This document shows, piece by piece, positions 19,346 through 28,224 of a stretch of DNA of 64,000 nt. Position 1 is the stretch's first letter, and every line of letters starts with the position of its first letter. The stretch comes from Candidatus Adlerbacteria bacterium (GTDB taxonomy: Bacteria > Patescibacteriota > Minisyncoccia > Phycocordibacterales > SBAW01). The stretch lies in contig CAINNF010000015.1 of assembly GCA_903851045.1 (NCBI GenBank), positions 32,644-96,643 of the forward strand, given 5' to 3'. The notes beneath the pieces are model-generated. The model saw only the letters and a program-made list of their open reading frames with translations, was not told the DNA's origin and did no database searches. The position numbers and the translations under genes are program-made.

Positions 19346-19525
19346 GTCTTTTCCTTCTTTCCCGCGCGCTTCTGCAACAAGACTTACACGTAATACAAAC
19401 CATGTCAATCGTATTGCTGCCCGAGGGCTCGGGTGTAGAAAAAAGTCCTTGCAGGAGACAACACCCTTGCCGAACGAAACTCGTCTCGGTAGGATGGCTA
19501 TAGAAGAGCACATGAGGAGGACGTT

Positions 19526-19840
19526 GTGGCAGTACCACGATCGAAATACTCCCTACCCGACATCGAGACCCTCAGGGGGTTGGCGAGGCGAGACCCTCCG
19601 CTGACGGCCGCGCAGATCGGACGCACCCTGGTCGACCACCATGGATGGGGTGTCAAATATAAGTGGAGCGGGCTCGACAACCATGAGTTGCGGGGGCGCG
19701 TCAGAGGTATCTGCACATCGAACGGCATCGTCCTAAAGCATAGCGAGGTCATACAGCAAGAGCGCGGGAAGAAGCGGGACCCGCGATTCATCCGCGCGAA
19801 CACGCTGCCGCCGCTCCCCTCTGAGATCGGCAAGACATAG
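19526..19840 (+). CDS. Hypothetical protein (104 aa)
   Basis: GTG start with GAGGAGG SD 5 nt upstream. Confidence 0.45.
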   Translation: MAVPRSKYSLPDIETLRGLARRDPPLTAAQIGRTLVDHHGWGVKYKWSGLDNHELRGRVRGICTSNGIVLKHSEVIQQERGKKRDPRFIRANTLPPLPSEIGKT

Positions 19841-19855
19841 GCCTCACGAACACCA

Positions 19856-19885
19856 CGCCGCCCCGACGCAGGGCGGCGTTCTTTC
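19856..19885 (+). terminator. Probable terminator
   Basis: CGCCGCCCC-gacgca-GGGCGGCG then TTCTTTCG. Confidence 0.4.
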
Positions 19886-19925
19886 GTCAGATGCACACAC
19901 GACACCCCGTCTTGCATGCACGCAT

Positions 19926-19952
19926 AAAAAAGGTCGCCGAGTGTCGGCGACC
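19926..19952 (-). terminator. Rho-independent terminator for gene 19964-20194
   Basis: GGTCGCCGA-gtg-TCGGCGACC with a T-run on the minus strand. Confidence 0.55.
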
Positions 19953-19963
19953 AGGTAGCAGGC

Positions 19964-20194
19964 CTAGTGATGTAAGACTCGAACGATCAAGTCGGGCGAG
20001 ATGAAGGCTGCGGAGCCGGTCACCCGCACCCTGCCGTCTTTGATCTCCTCCACGTCGACGTGGGCACCATCACCGAGGACGACACGCATACCGACCTGGT
20101 GGAGCCCTAGCGCCTCGAGCTTGAGCCGACGATCCCGTAGCGCCATTCGAGGCAGCGGTGGCGTCTTGATCTTCCTGTCCTGCCAATCGAACAT
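19964..20194 (-). CDS. Hypothetical protein (76 aa)
   Basis: AAGGAGAGG SD upstream of the ATG. Confidence 0.45.
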   Translation of the reverse strand: MFDWQDRKIKTPPLPRMALRDRRLKLEALGLHQVGMRVVLGDGAHVDVEEIKDGRVRVTGSAAFISPDLIVRVLHH

Positions 20195-20253
20195 CGCACC
20201 TCTCCTTTCCTTCCCCGTTATACGCTAAAACGAAGACGAGCGCCACCGTGTAT

Positions 20254-20278
20254 AAAAACCGCCCCTGGGTCGGGGCGG
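20254..20278 (-). terminator. Rho-independent terminator for gene 20288-20863
   Basis: CCGCCCC-tgggtc-GGGGCGG with a T-run on the minus strand. Confidence 0.55.
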
Positions 20279-20287
20279 CGAAGACGA

Positions 20288-20863
20288 TCAAAAGGTCGGA
20301 AGGATGGTGTACGATCGCTCTCGACCCTTTCGCACCTTCACGTGTACGCAGCGCTCACTGGGCCTGATCTGTCGCAAAGATCGACGTAGTCGTGGGTACG
20401 CGAGCTTCTCGAGCGGATCCCCGGCAAGATCCCCCCACTCCGACACAAGCACGTACCCAAGCGTGATGGAGCGACACGACCCGTCCGTGTCCTCGAGGAC
20501 GGCGACGAAGATGAACTTCTCGTGTACCGTCGTGCCGTCAGGATAGTTGCATGCGAGGTCACGCACCCGGTCGAGCGTCGCCTGGCCGAAGGATCTGTTC
20601 ATGTAGCGAAGCGGGAGCACCGTCACGACACTCCCGACCCCACGATCGACGGCCGCGATGAAGTGCGCCTGATCCTGCACGCTGTAGAACAAAAGATAGA
20701 TGATCCTCGTGCCGGGCTTGCGACCGACAAAGACGAACTTATTCTCGTCGATCAACGCCCGCACCCGCTCCAACGGCAGGCGAAGCCGCTTCTGAGCATG
20801 CACTACCGCATGCCCCGTCGACACCGCTCTTTTCAACACGTCCTCCTGTCCCGTTTCGGGCAC
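20288..20863 (-). CDS. Hypothetical protein (191 aa); exact start uncertain (GTG or downstream TTG)
   Basis: ORF with CAGGAGGA near an alternative TTG start. No recognisable domain. Confidence 0.45.
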   Translation of the reverse strand: MPETGQEDVLKRAVSTGHAVVHAQKRLRLPLERVRALIDENKFVFVGRKPGTRIIYLLFYSVQDQAHFIAAVDRGVGSVVTVLPLRYMNRSFGQATLDRVRDLACNYPDGTTVHEKFIFVAVLEDTDGSCRSITLGYVLVSEWGDLAGDPLEKLAYPRLRRSLRQIRPSERCVHVKVRKGRERSYTILPTF

Positions 20864-20876
20864 GTCCCACTTTCAT

Positions 20877-20996
20877 TCAACCAAACAGCATTCTACACAA
20901 CATACCCAACTTGTGCACACGAGAAAGGCCTTCCGCGTTGTCGGATTCGACCAGCATAGGGTCTACATACTCGGCTCGTGTCACTGATTCGTTCAT
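20877..20996 (-). pseudogene. hsdR-derived relic: first 13 codons of hsdR fused to a segment matching hsdR near nt 22615-22642, then decayed
   Basis: Minus strand reads ATGAACGAATCAGTGACACGAGCCGAGTATGTAGACCCT. This is 36/40 nt identical to the hsdR 5' end at 24535-24574. It is followed by GTCGAATCCGACAACGCGGAAGGC, near-identical to hsdR 22615-22642. Its ATG sits 1 nt after the TAA stop of the upstream gene. Confidence 0.6.
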
Positions 20997-20997
20997 A

Positions 20998-22053
20998 TTA
21001 TGTTGCTATAGCCGCTTCGTGTCGTGCGCGCTCGACCATGAACCGCACCCCCTCGGACATGTTCTCTGCCTCGAGCTTGATGTCGGGATGCGCATGATGA
21101 AAGACTCGAAACACTTCGTCAGCGAATGCCTGCCCAACCGTTGGCACCTTGTCGAAGTCGAAGACGACATACTTGAACTTCTCCAGCCCCGTTAGCACAC
21201 GCCGCGCTTGGGAGCGAGAGATATGTACACCACCTATTGTATACAACTTCACGCGCACCTCGGTCTTGTCGAACCCATAGTCACTGGAGTCATCAAGGTT
21301 GGTGTACTTTTTAAATACGTCCTGCAAGTGTCGCTTGGACGTAGCCGAGAGCGTGAACGATACGCGCGTACCCCGCTTCATCTTCGACACCTTTTTCACG
21401 AACACATCTGGTGCTTTGTTGTCGACTATCAGCTGATATCCAAAACTGTCGAGGATGAACATATCAGCCACGCGCGAAGTAAAGAAGATACCTTCGCCCG
21501 AGTGCGACTTCGGCATCGTGGTTGTCTTACCTTTGAGAATATCTTGGATAGCCTCAAGTTCGGAGGCGAGGCCGCGCTGCCGCATCACGTTGCGAAACAC
21601 ACCGATGCCTGAATCTTGAATGACGAACGAGAGCGTCTTGTGGGGCACCGACACCTCGACCCCGATGCGCACTGACTGCGAGTGTTCGATAGCATTGTTG
21701 AACATCTCTGAAAACGCATACGTGAAGATACTCCGCACATTCTCAGGCAAATTCTCAAGCGTCGGGAATGCATGTTCTATCTGGTCGAGAACCTTGTGCT
21801 CTTCGAGCTGCTTGTTCGCAAAAGACTTAGCGTATCGAAGCGGCAAGATCTCTGGGTGCGCCCGAGCGTACTCGGGCAACACATAGAATGCATAGCGCGT
21901 CGCGCCAAACTTCATAAGCTGTCCATTGGCCACAAGCTCCTGGAGCAAAACGTGTATATATTGTCGCGACACGCCAAAGGAGTCTGAGAGTTCAGTCGAG
22001 GTTATCCTCCCCTTCTGCTTTGCCAAAGCAACTATATTTTCGGGTGTAATCAT
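20998..22053 (-). CDS. Winged-HTH - GHKL (histidine-kinase-like) ATPase - STAS-like (DUF4325) domain protein
   Basis: N-terminal wHTH (ITSTELSDSFGVSRQYIHVLLQEL). GHKL N-box EMFNNAIEHS, G1 IQDSGIGV, G2 SHSGEGIFF. C-terminal ...VFDFDKVPTVGQAFADEVF matches the STAS-like DUF4325 pattern. Confidence 0.7.
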   Translation of the reverse strand: MITPENIVALAKQKGRITSTELSDSFGVSRQYIHVLLQELVANGQLMKFGATRYAFYVLPEYARAHPEILPLRYAKSFANKQLEEHKVLDQIEHAFPTLENLPENVRSIFTYAFSEMFNNAIEHSQSVRIGVEVSVPHKTLSFVIQDSGIGVFRNVMRQRGLASELEAIQDILKGKTTTMPKSHSGEGIFFTSRVADMFILDSFGYQLIVDNKAPDVFVKKVSKMKRGTRVSFTLSATSKRHLQDVFKKYTNLDDSSDYGFDKTEVRVKLYTIGGVHISRSQARRVLTGLEKFKYVVFDFDKVPTVGQAFADEVFRVFHHAHPDIKLEAENMSEGVRFMVERARHEAAIAT

Positions 22054-22231
22054 AATGGTATCGACAAGTCATTGTCAACCAAAGTATATTCTATTGTCAA
22101 CCCATTGTCAACCAGCCACATCACACGCACCTGTGAATAAAAAGGGTACTCAGCACACTGCCAGACTCTACCCCTGCTCCGTCTCCCAAATTTTTATTTT
22201 CATAGAGTACTGTATATCCCCAGACTAGTAA

Positions 22232-24574
22232 CTATTTAGAATATAGCCCGATTTGAAAAGCGAAAAACTGCGAACGAATAGCGTCCACGTCCCCGAGTAC
22301 CTGTTCGGCGTCTGAGAGCGCATGATATTTAAGATTAAGAAGCACTGGCAACTTCTCCTCACCAAGTTCCATGTCGCCCCCCTCCTCGTACTTCTTGAGA
22401 ACAAACGACAGAAACTCTTTTTGTGCTCCGCTCACTGAATCAAGGATGGTGCTTTTGTTGCGCTCCACTCTGTCCTTTCGTGTTATTGGTCGTGTTGCGA
22501 ACGAGACATATGACAGCACATCAAACAGGTCGCTGTTTTCGGCATCAATCATTTTCTGCAACGTTTCCAACTCATCACGACCAAAACCAAGCTCGGCGAT
22601 ACGATCGAGAAATGCCTTCCGCGTTGTCGGATTTGACCAGATGTTTCGAAGCTCTTCTTCATTCTTAAAGAACTCGGGCATCGCACCAAACATATTTTGA
22701 ATAAACTCTTCGGCAGAGATTGGCTTACCGTCTGCACCCCAAAACGAAGTCGAGATCATGTACTGGATTTCTCGCTCCTTGCCGTCTCTGAGTTTGATTA
22801 TAATTTTCTTTTTCTGTTCAATAGGCTCTGGAGTTTGTTCAGGCTCTGTGTGCTCCCTGCGCTCTTTTGGCTTCTTGGGAGTACTGGGTTCCACATCCTC
22901 TGCCTCAATCGGCTCGCCATCCCACTCTGGGTCAGCGAAGTGTTTATACGCATCCACGAAATCGTAGATCGTAAAATACTCCTTACCGTCAAACAGTCGG
23001 GTGCCGCGACCGACAATCTGCTTGAACTCAATCATTGAGTTCACAGGACGCATCAAGACAATGTTTCGCACATTGCGAGCATCCACACCAGTCGACAACT
23101 TTTGCGAAGTGGTGAGAATGGTCGGAATACTCCGCTCGTTATCCTGGAATTCGCGCAAAAACTGCTCGCCGCGGGCTCCATCGTTCGCCGTGACACGGAC
23201 GCAGTAGTTCGGGTCGGTGCTGTCTTTCATCTGATTCACCAAATCGCGCACCGCGAGCGCGTGCGTCTGATTGGCACAAAAAATAATAGTCTTCTCGTCT
23301 TGGCGTATTTCATCAAGCACGATACGTACGCGCTTGGCCTCGCGCTCTTTGATCTCAATAATCCTATTAAAATCCGCTTCTTCGTATATCTTACCCTGCT
23401 CTACTTCACCCTCGACTACCTCGTCGTCCGACGTGTACACATAGTCGTCCAAGGTCGTCTGGATGCGCTTCACTTTAAACGGCGTCAGGAAGCCGTCATT
23501 GATACCCTGCTTGAGCGAGTAGGTATAGAGCGGATCACCGAAATACTTGTAGGTGTCTACATTGTCGACGCGCTTCGGGGTCGCCGTGAGACCTAGCTGT
23601 ACCGCTGGAGCAAAATAATCGAGGATGCTGCGCCAGTTGGATTCGTCGTTCGCTCCCCCACGGTGACATTCGTCGATAATAATCAAATCAAAAAAGTCTG
23701 CCGGATAATCGCCAAAATACGGCGTATTGTTTGACCCACCCTGCGGTGAGGTACTCGAACCCGTCATGAACGTCTGAAAAATAGTAAAGAATATGCTCCC
23801 GTTGGTCGGGATTGCGCCTCGCTTGCGGATCTCGAGCGGGTTAATACGTACAAGTGCATCCTCGGGAAAAGCGGCGAAAGCATTGTACGCTTGGTCTGCA
23901 AGAATATTTCGATCGGCCAAAAAGAGCACTCGCGGGCGACGCTTGCCATCGCGCTGAAGTGTCCAACGGGCTTGGAAGATCTTCCATGCGATCTGGAATG
24001 CGATAGTCGTCTTCCCCGTCCCGGTCGCGAGCGTGAGCAGGAGTCGCTTCTTGTTTTCGGCGATAGCATCGAGCGCGCGATTGATAGCAATCTCTTGGTA
24101 GTATCGCTTGCCATACTCACCCTCAAGAGGGATCGAAGCGAATGTCTCCTTCCACTGCGCCGTCTGTGACTCCTCGTGGCCAAACAGCTGCGCCCACAAC
24201 TCCTCAGGTGTTGGGAACTTCTCGACATATTCCTCCTTTCCACTCTTCATCGACACACAATAAATCTCTCGACCGTTGGTCGAATAGGTGTGCTCGATTT
24301 GGAGCTTCTCTGCGTACGCCTTCGCCTGGGCGACACCTTCGGTCGCAGGCAGGTCGAGCGCTTTCGCCTCCACCACAGCGAGCTTCTGGTTCTTGTACAC
24401 CAACACATAGTCCGCGATCTCGGGTTTGGCGCGCACGCCACCCGTCTGGATCTTGCCGTCCGTAATGCGAAACTCGCGCAACACGCGCGACCCTTCCACC
24501 TCACCCCAACCGGCTTCCTTGAGCTTAGGGTCTACGTACTCGGCTCGCGTCTCTGATTCGTTCATTAAAACCAT
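22232..24574 (-). CDS. hsdR: Type I restriction enzyme R subunit (compact, 780 aa)
   Basis: N-terminal PD-(D/E)xK nuclease motif (D...VVEAK), Walker A LATGTGKT, DECH box (IIDECHRG), helicase motif VI (QIVGRGTR). The true start may be the second ATG (MNESE). Confidence 0.9.
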   Translation of the reverse strand: MVLMNESETRAEYVDPKLKEAGWGEVEGSRVLREFRITDGKIQTGGVRAKPEIADYVLVYKNQKLAVVEAKALDLPATEGVAQAKAYAEKLQIEHTYSTNGREIYCVSMKSGKEEYVEKFPTPEELWAQLFGHEESQTAQWKETFASIPLEGEYGKRYYQEIAINRALDAIAENKKRLLLTLATGTGKTTIAFQIAWKIFQARWTLQRDGKRRPRVLFLADRNILADQAYNAFAAFPEDALVRINPLEIRKRGAIPTNGSIFFTIFQTFMTGSSTSPQGGSNNTPYFGDYPADFFDLIIIDECHRGGANDESNWRSILDYFAPAVQLGLTATPKRVDNVDTYKYFGDPLYTYSLKQGINDGFLTPFKVKRIQTTLDDYVYTSDDEVVEGEVEQGKIYEEADFNRIIEIKEREAKRVRIVLDEIRQDEKTIIFCANQTHALAVRDLVNQMKDSTDPNYCVRVTANDGARGEQFLREFQDNERSIPTILTTSQKLSTGVDARNVRNIVLMRPVNSMIEFKQIVGRGTRLFDGKEYFTIYDFVDAYKHFADPEWDGEPIEAEDVEPSTPKKPKERREHTEPEQTPEPIEQKKKIIIKLRDGKEREIQYMISTSFWGADGKPISAEEFIQNMFGAMPEFFKNEEELRNIWSNPTTRKAFLDRIAELGFGRDELETLQKMIDAENSDLFDVLSYVSFATRPITRKDRVERNKSTILDSVSGAQKEFLSFVLKKYEEGGDMELGEEKLPVLLNLKYHALSDAEQVLGDVDAIRSQFFAFQIGLYSK

Positions 24575-24629
24575 TATGCAACGCGGCAGATTTTATGTAA
24601 ATGACCCACAGGCGACACATGAACACCCC

Positions 24630-25022
24630 TTAAAAGAGATGTTTGTAGGCTGGGTAATTATTCTTAATGATCTGCTGCCACTCTGCTGTTTCGTTGTGCC
24701 CGCTGAGATCCGTCTTGGTATACACGAGCAGCACCGACACCGACTGCTGCTGCTTGTGCCACGCGACTATACAGCGATTCCCCGACGTCTTAGCAGACTC
24801 TTGTGTCCCAGCAACACGAAACTTCGTCTTGATGATCAATATATCACCAGCATCACACACCGTCTCAGCCCTGCTCGTTAAGATGAGTGCATCGATGCGC
24901 TCAAGCTCTGCCATAATCGCGAGCAACGTGACGTCCCATTTCGCCTTGTATTTCTTTGAAAAACTTTTGATAAAGTGACGCTCGGCAAACACCTCGATAT
25001 TAACAGCATTATTGCCTGGCAT
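24630..25022 (-). CDS. Putative toxin partner of the adjacent PanA-like antitoxin (130 aa; RelE/ParE-like fold suspected)
   Basis: Small basic protein 7 nt downstream of the HTH-DUF4065 gene. The ...RCIVAW...VSVLLVYTKTD pattern loosely resembles the RelE/HigB C-terminal strands. Confidence 0.4.
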   Translation of the reverse strand: MPGNNAVNIEVFAERHFIKSFSKKYKAKWDVTLLAIMAELERIDALILTSRAETVCDAGDILIIKTKFRVAGTQESAKTSGNRCIVAWHKQQQSVSVLLVYTKTDLSGHNETAEWQQIIKNNYPAYKHLF

Positions 25023-25029
25023 ATATGCG

Positions 25030-25722
25030 CTAGAACACCTCGTCGGGGTCCTCTTGGGTGATCAGTTCGTACGGAATAATTTCGTCCATGCGGCACAGCA
25101 CATAGGGCAGCTGATTGTGCGTAAACGTAACGATCTCCTGCGTCTTTTTATCTTTCCACTTCGCGGCGATCTTCTTGAGTAACGCTTGCTCTTTGGGTGA
25201 CACTGTTTGTATCTTTTCGTTCCTATTACTCTCTGACTCACCGACCAAGAACATCTCCTTTCCGTTCTCATTCTTGTGGTCGATCACGATCTTACCATCC
25301 TGCTCGAGCTCATCAAGCGCGCGAAAGAACGCATCCGGCACGGGGCCGTATGCGATCTTGCGATATGACATACCACTCATGCTCTCCATGTGCTCATAGA
25401 ACCAAGCGAAGTCCGCCAAATAGAGCAGCTTCGCGAGCTTGGTCTTGGGTATCTTACCGTCTTTCGACAGGTTCATGCGTAGATAGAGCAGCAACATCTG
25501 CTTGTACTTGGCGATGTTCGGAATATTCCCTGACAATAACTCGTCGACAGTGATACCAAACAAACTCGCCAGCTTCTGAGCTTCGTCAGTATCGAGCTTC
25601 TGCTTACCCACCTCGATGGCCGTATACGTGGGACGAGACACCCCAATAGCCTTCGCCACCTGCTCTTGGGAAAGCTTGTGGGCGACGCGAAGCTCCTTGA
25701 GCTTTCGCATATACGTATTCAT
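25030..25722 (-). CDS. HTH_XRE + DUF4065 (Panacea domain) protein; PanA/SocA/GepA-like antitoxin
   Basis: N-terminal Cro/C1 HTH (LRVAHKLSQEQVAKAIGVSRPTYTAIEVGKQ). C-terminal KTKLAKLLYLADF...AYGPVPD matches the DUF4065 signature (KLxKLLY...GPV). Start set at the internal ATG after a TM-less, low-complexity over-extension. Confidence 0.7.
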   Translation of the reverse strand: MNTYMRKLKELRVAHKLSQEQVAKAIGVSRPTYTAIEVGKQKLDTDEAQKLASLFGITVDELLSGNIPNIAKYKQMLLLYLRMNLSKDGKIPKTKLAKLLYLADFAWFYEHMESMSGMSYRKIAYGPVPDAFFRALDELEQDGKIVIDHKNENGKEMFLVGESESNRNEKIQTVSPKEQALLKKIAAKWKDKKTQEIVTFTHNQLPYVLCRMDEIIPYELITQEDPDEVF

Positions 25723-26053
25723 ACCCAAAAGTGTATACGAACCATGTAAAGAAGTCAAGCGATTTTGGTCGAAATATTGACGTACAGATTCTGAAGCGTA
25801 AAATATGTCTACTGGCATGGTCGAGCCAGGTAAGAACAAGTGATCAAATCGTAATAACATGAGTAAGACAAACGGAATCAGAAGCAGTAAGAATCTCGCT
25901 AGTAAAGCGGCGAAAGCTCTTAGTAGTGGTAGCACCAGCAAGAACACAAAGTCCCTTGCTGCAAACACCCTCGGCAACAGAGCAAAAAAGAGTCACTAGA
26001 CGGAATGAAACTATGCAAAAATCCACACTATGCCAAGTAGGGTGGATTTTACT

Positions 26054-27244
26054 TTACAACTCCCCTGCGAATGCCTGCTGCAAAATCGACTTCTTGAGCT
26101 CATCCAAACAAGCCAACTTCTTGGCATAGATCTCCTCCAGCTTTTTGGTCTCCCCCGCCAAAGCATCCAACTTTTTAACTATCGCTTTTTGTTCTGGAAA
26201 AGGCGGCAACAGAAACTCAAAGGCAAATAGATGCTCTCGATTTACCTTTGGCATACCGGCTCTATCCGAACCCAAAATTGCATACTTAGTGAAACCAGAT
26301 GTTAATAGTAGATAATACAAAAAATCTCTATTCAATGTTTTTTCGTCGGGCAATAGAGGATATATGTCCGCACTGCACAGTCCGTCAAAATCTGGCCTAA
26401 CTACTTTCATTAAGTATGGTCGTATTTTGCTGTATAACACCATATTCTTATCAAAAATAAACTTTCCAGAAATAAGTTTTTCTTCTTTTGCTGTCTTAAC
26501 ATCAATAAGCTCTCCTGTCTTTGCTTGAATATTTCCAGCTCCAACGTGCCGCATATTTAGAAACCGCTTCTCCCTCGGGTCGACCAGTTTTGAAGCAATC
26601 GCGCACACAGTATCTAGTCGAATTAATTTCCATCCCTCCCCCGGATTAGCAAAAACACCTTGTAAATAAGACTCAAAAAGCTCGCGGGAATTCTGCAAAT
26701 TCTTTTCTGTGTTCGCTTTCGCCTTTTCAATTTTCTCAAAAACTTCATCCAGAATTTTCACAATCCTCTTTTGCTCGGTTAGGGGTGGGAGTGGAATTTC
26801 TATTTCGCCCAAATTTTTACGACTAATTCTTGTTCTTGTCGTCCCACTAGTTTTTCCTGCAACTGCATCTAAGTAGAGATTTGATTGAGAATAGTAATTA
26901 AAATATCGGGGAATAATTTTTAGTGGATCAAAACGAGCAATACTACAATCAACCGCAGTTATCATTCTTTCCCCGGTATTTGGCAAAATACATGCACGAC
27001 CTACAGGGTCGGGCAGACGAGAGATCAGGCAGTCGCCTTTAAAAATTTCGGTGCACCTCAATCTGTTAAATGTCTTTTCCGAAATATAACGCGCCTTCTC
27101 TCCCCTGTCTTTGAAAACACCGACACCTACGTTGCCGGTCTGGATAAGACGAATTCCATCTCTCGATTGATCCTTACTCTCTATCCAATTACCATCCGTA
27201 AAGACCTTACAGACTTCACCTAGTTTCTTTGTTTGTAACATCAT
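26054..27244 (-). CDS. hsdS: Type I restriction-modification specificity subunit (two TRDs)
   Basis: Conserved central and C-terminal repeats (LPPLTEQKRIVKILDEVFEKIEKAK... / LPPFPEQKAIVKKLDALAGE...). The start overlaps the upstream gene's stop as ATGA. Confidence 0.9.
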   Translation of the reverse strand: MMLQTKKLGEVCKVFTDGNWIESKDQSRDGIRLIQTGNVGVGVFKDRGEKARYISEKTFNRLRCTEIFKGDCLISRLPDPVGRACILPNTGERMITAVDCSIARFDPLKIIPRYFNYYSQSNLYLDAVAGKTSGTTRTRISRKNLGEIEIPLPPLTEQKRIVKILDEVFEKIEKAKANTEKNLQNSRELFESYLQGVFANPGEGWKLIRLDTVCAIASKLVDPREKRFLNMRHVGAGNIQAKTGELIDVKTAKEEKLISGKFIFDKNMVLYSKIRPYLMKVVRPDFDGLCSADIYPLLPDEKTLNRDFLYYLLLTSGFTKYAILGSDRAGMPKVNREHLFAFEFLLPPFPEQKAIVKKLDALAGETKKLEEIYAKKLACLDELKKSILQQAFAGEL

Positions 27245-28218
27245 ACGTATTGAGCCTTGTTTTCTTCGCAATGTTTTTTTACAAAATTAAACCAGTTTTC
27301 GTACCAATACCATGTCTTTTCAATTTCTACCCCAAACCCTTTAGACAGATCTTTTGCATTTTCGCTTTTCCAAAGCTGTGTATGTTTATGTAATCCAAAC
27401 CGGGTATACCCAATCTTGTTCATTTCGCTAACTATTTTTTTGGGCAAATATTTTGGCTTTTCTTTATCTCTAAAAGCCCAATACTCTTTATTTAGGCCTT
27501 TTGCTATTTCAGAATTTGGATCCACAAACTCTATCACCTTATCAGCTTGACCTTTTCTATTTGCAGTCTTTGGGACAAACAAGACTCTATAAGAAAATCT
27601 ACTATTATTGAACTCATCCTCAGGCAGTCCTTCATCAAACGCCTCAATATATGTGGCAATATTACTAGGAAGATCTTTATAATCTGAGAGCTGATTAATT
27701 TGTTTCTCACTTAGTGAGGAGAATTGTAAACTGAATGAAAGGTGCTTTTCGATACTTTTTTCGTTCGGAAATAATTTTTTTAGATACTCATTATAATTCA
27801 AGCAGCAAGCCTGAAATCTTGCACTTAAAAGATCGTCTATTCTTGTAGTCATCTGATGTTCGATTTCGTGCCTAAGACCTATCAGAAAAAGCAGGTTGGA
27901 CACAGCAACCCTGTCGATTGGTGATTTTTTATCATTCAAGCACCGTTCAAGTTCCCAATATTTATAAGCACCATTCTTTGTAAAATCAAACTTCCTGTTT
28001 TTGCCTTTTTGCTCAAAATACCTATATTCAATTTTCTTGCTACGATAGTACGCATGCAACAGATATGTCCACGCAATAATTGCTAGCACTATAAAAGATT
28101 CGGATTTAAACTGAATATTTGGATTATTAAAAACTTGAACAGCTGTCAATATAGACTCTTTCGATTTTAAGATTAGTTCGTCTTTGACTGAGTGAAGCTT
28201 TCTCTTTCTCTTTGCCAT
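27241..28218 (-). CDS. AT-rich hypothetical protein embedded between hsdM and hsdS; candidate HEPN-motif (Rx4H) Abi-like protein
   Basis: 325 aa at about 33% GC, 6 nt downstream of hsdM, with ATGA coupling to hsdS. Contains LIGLRHEIEHQ (R-x4-H). The HEPN assignment rests on this one motif. Confidence 0.5.
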   Translation of the reverse strand: MAKRKRKLHSVKDELILKSKESILTAVQVFNNPNIQFKSESFIVLAIIAWTYLLHAYYRSKKIEYRYFEQKGKNRKFDFTKNGAYKYWELERCLNDKKSPIDRVAVSNLLFLIGLRHEIEHQMTTRIDDLLSARFQACCLNYNEYLKKLFPNEKSIEKHLSFSLQFSSLSEKQINQLSDYKDLPSNIATYIEAFDEGLPEDEFNNSRFSYRVLFVPKTANRKGQADKVIEFVDPNSEIAKGLNKEYWAFRDKEKPKYLPKKIVSEMNKIGYTRFGLHKHTQLWKSENAKDLSKGFGVEIEKTWYWYENWFNFVKKHCEENKAQYV

Positions 28219-28224
28219 ACGGTC

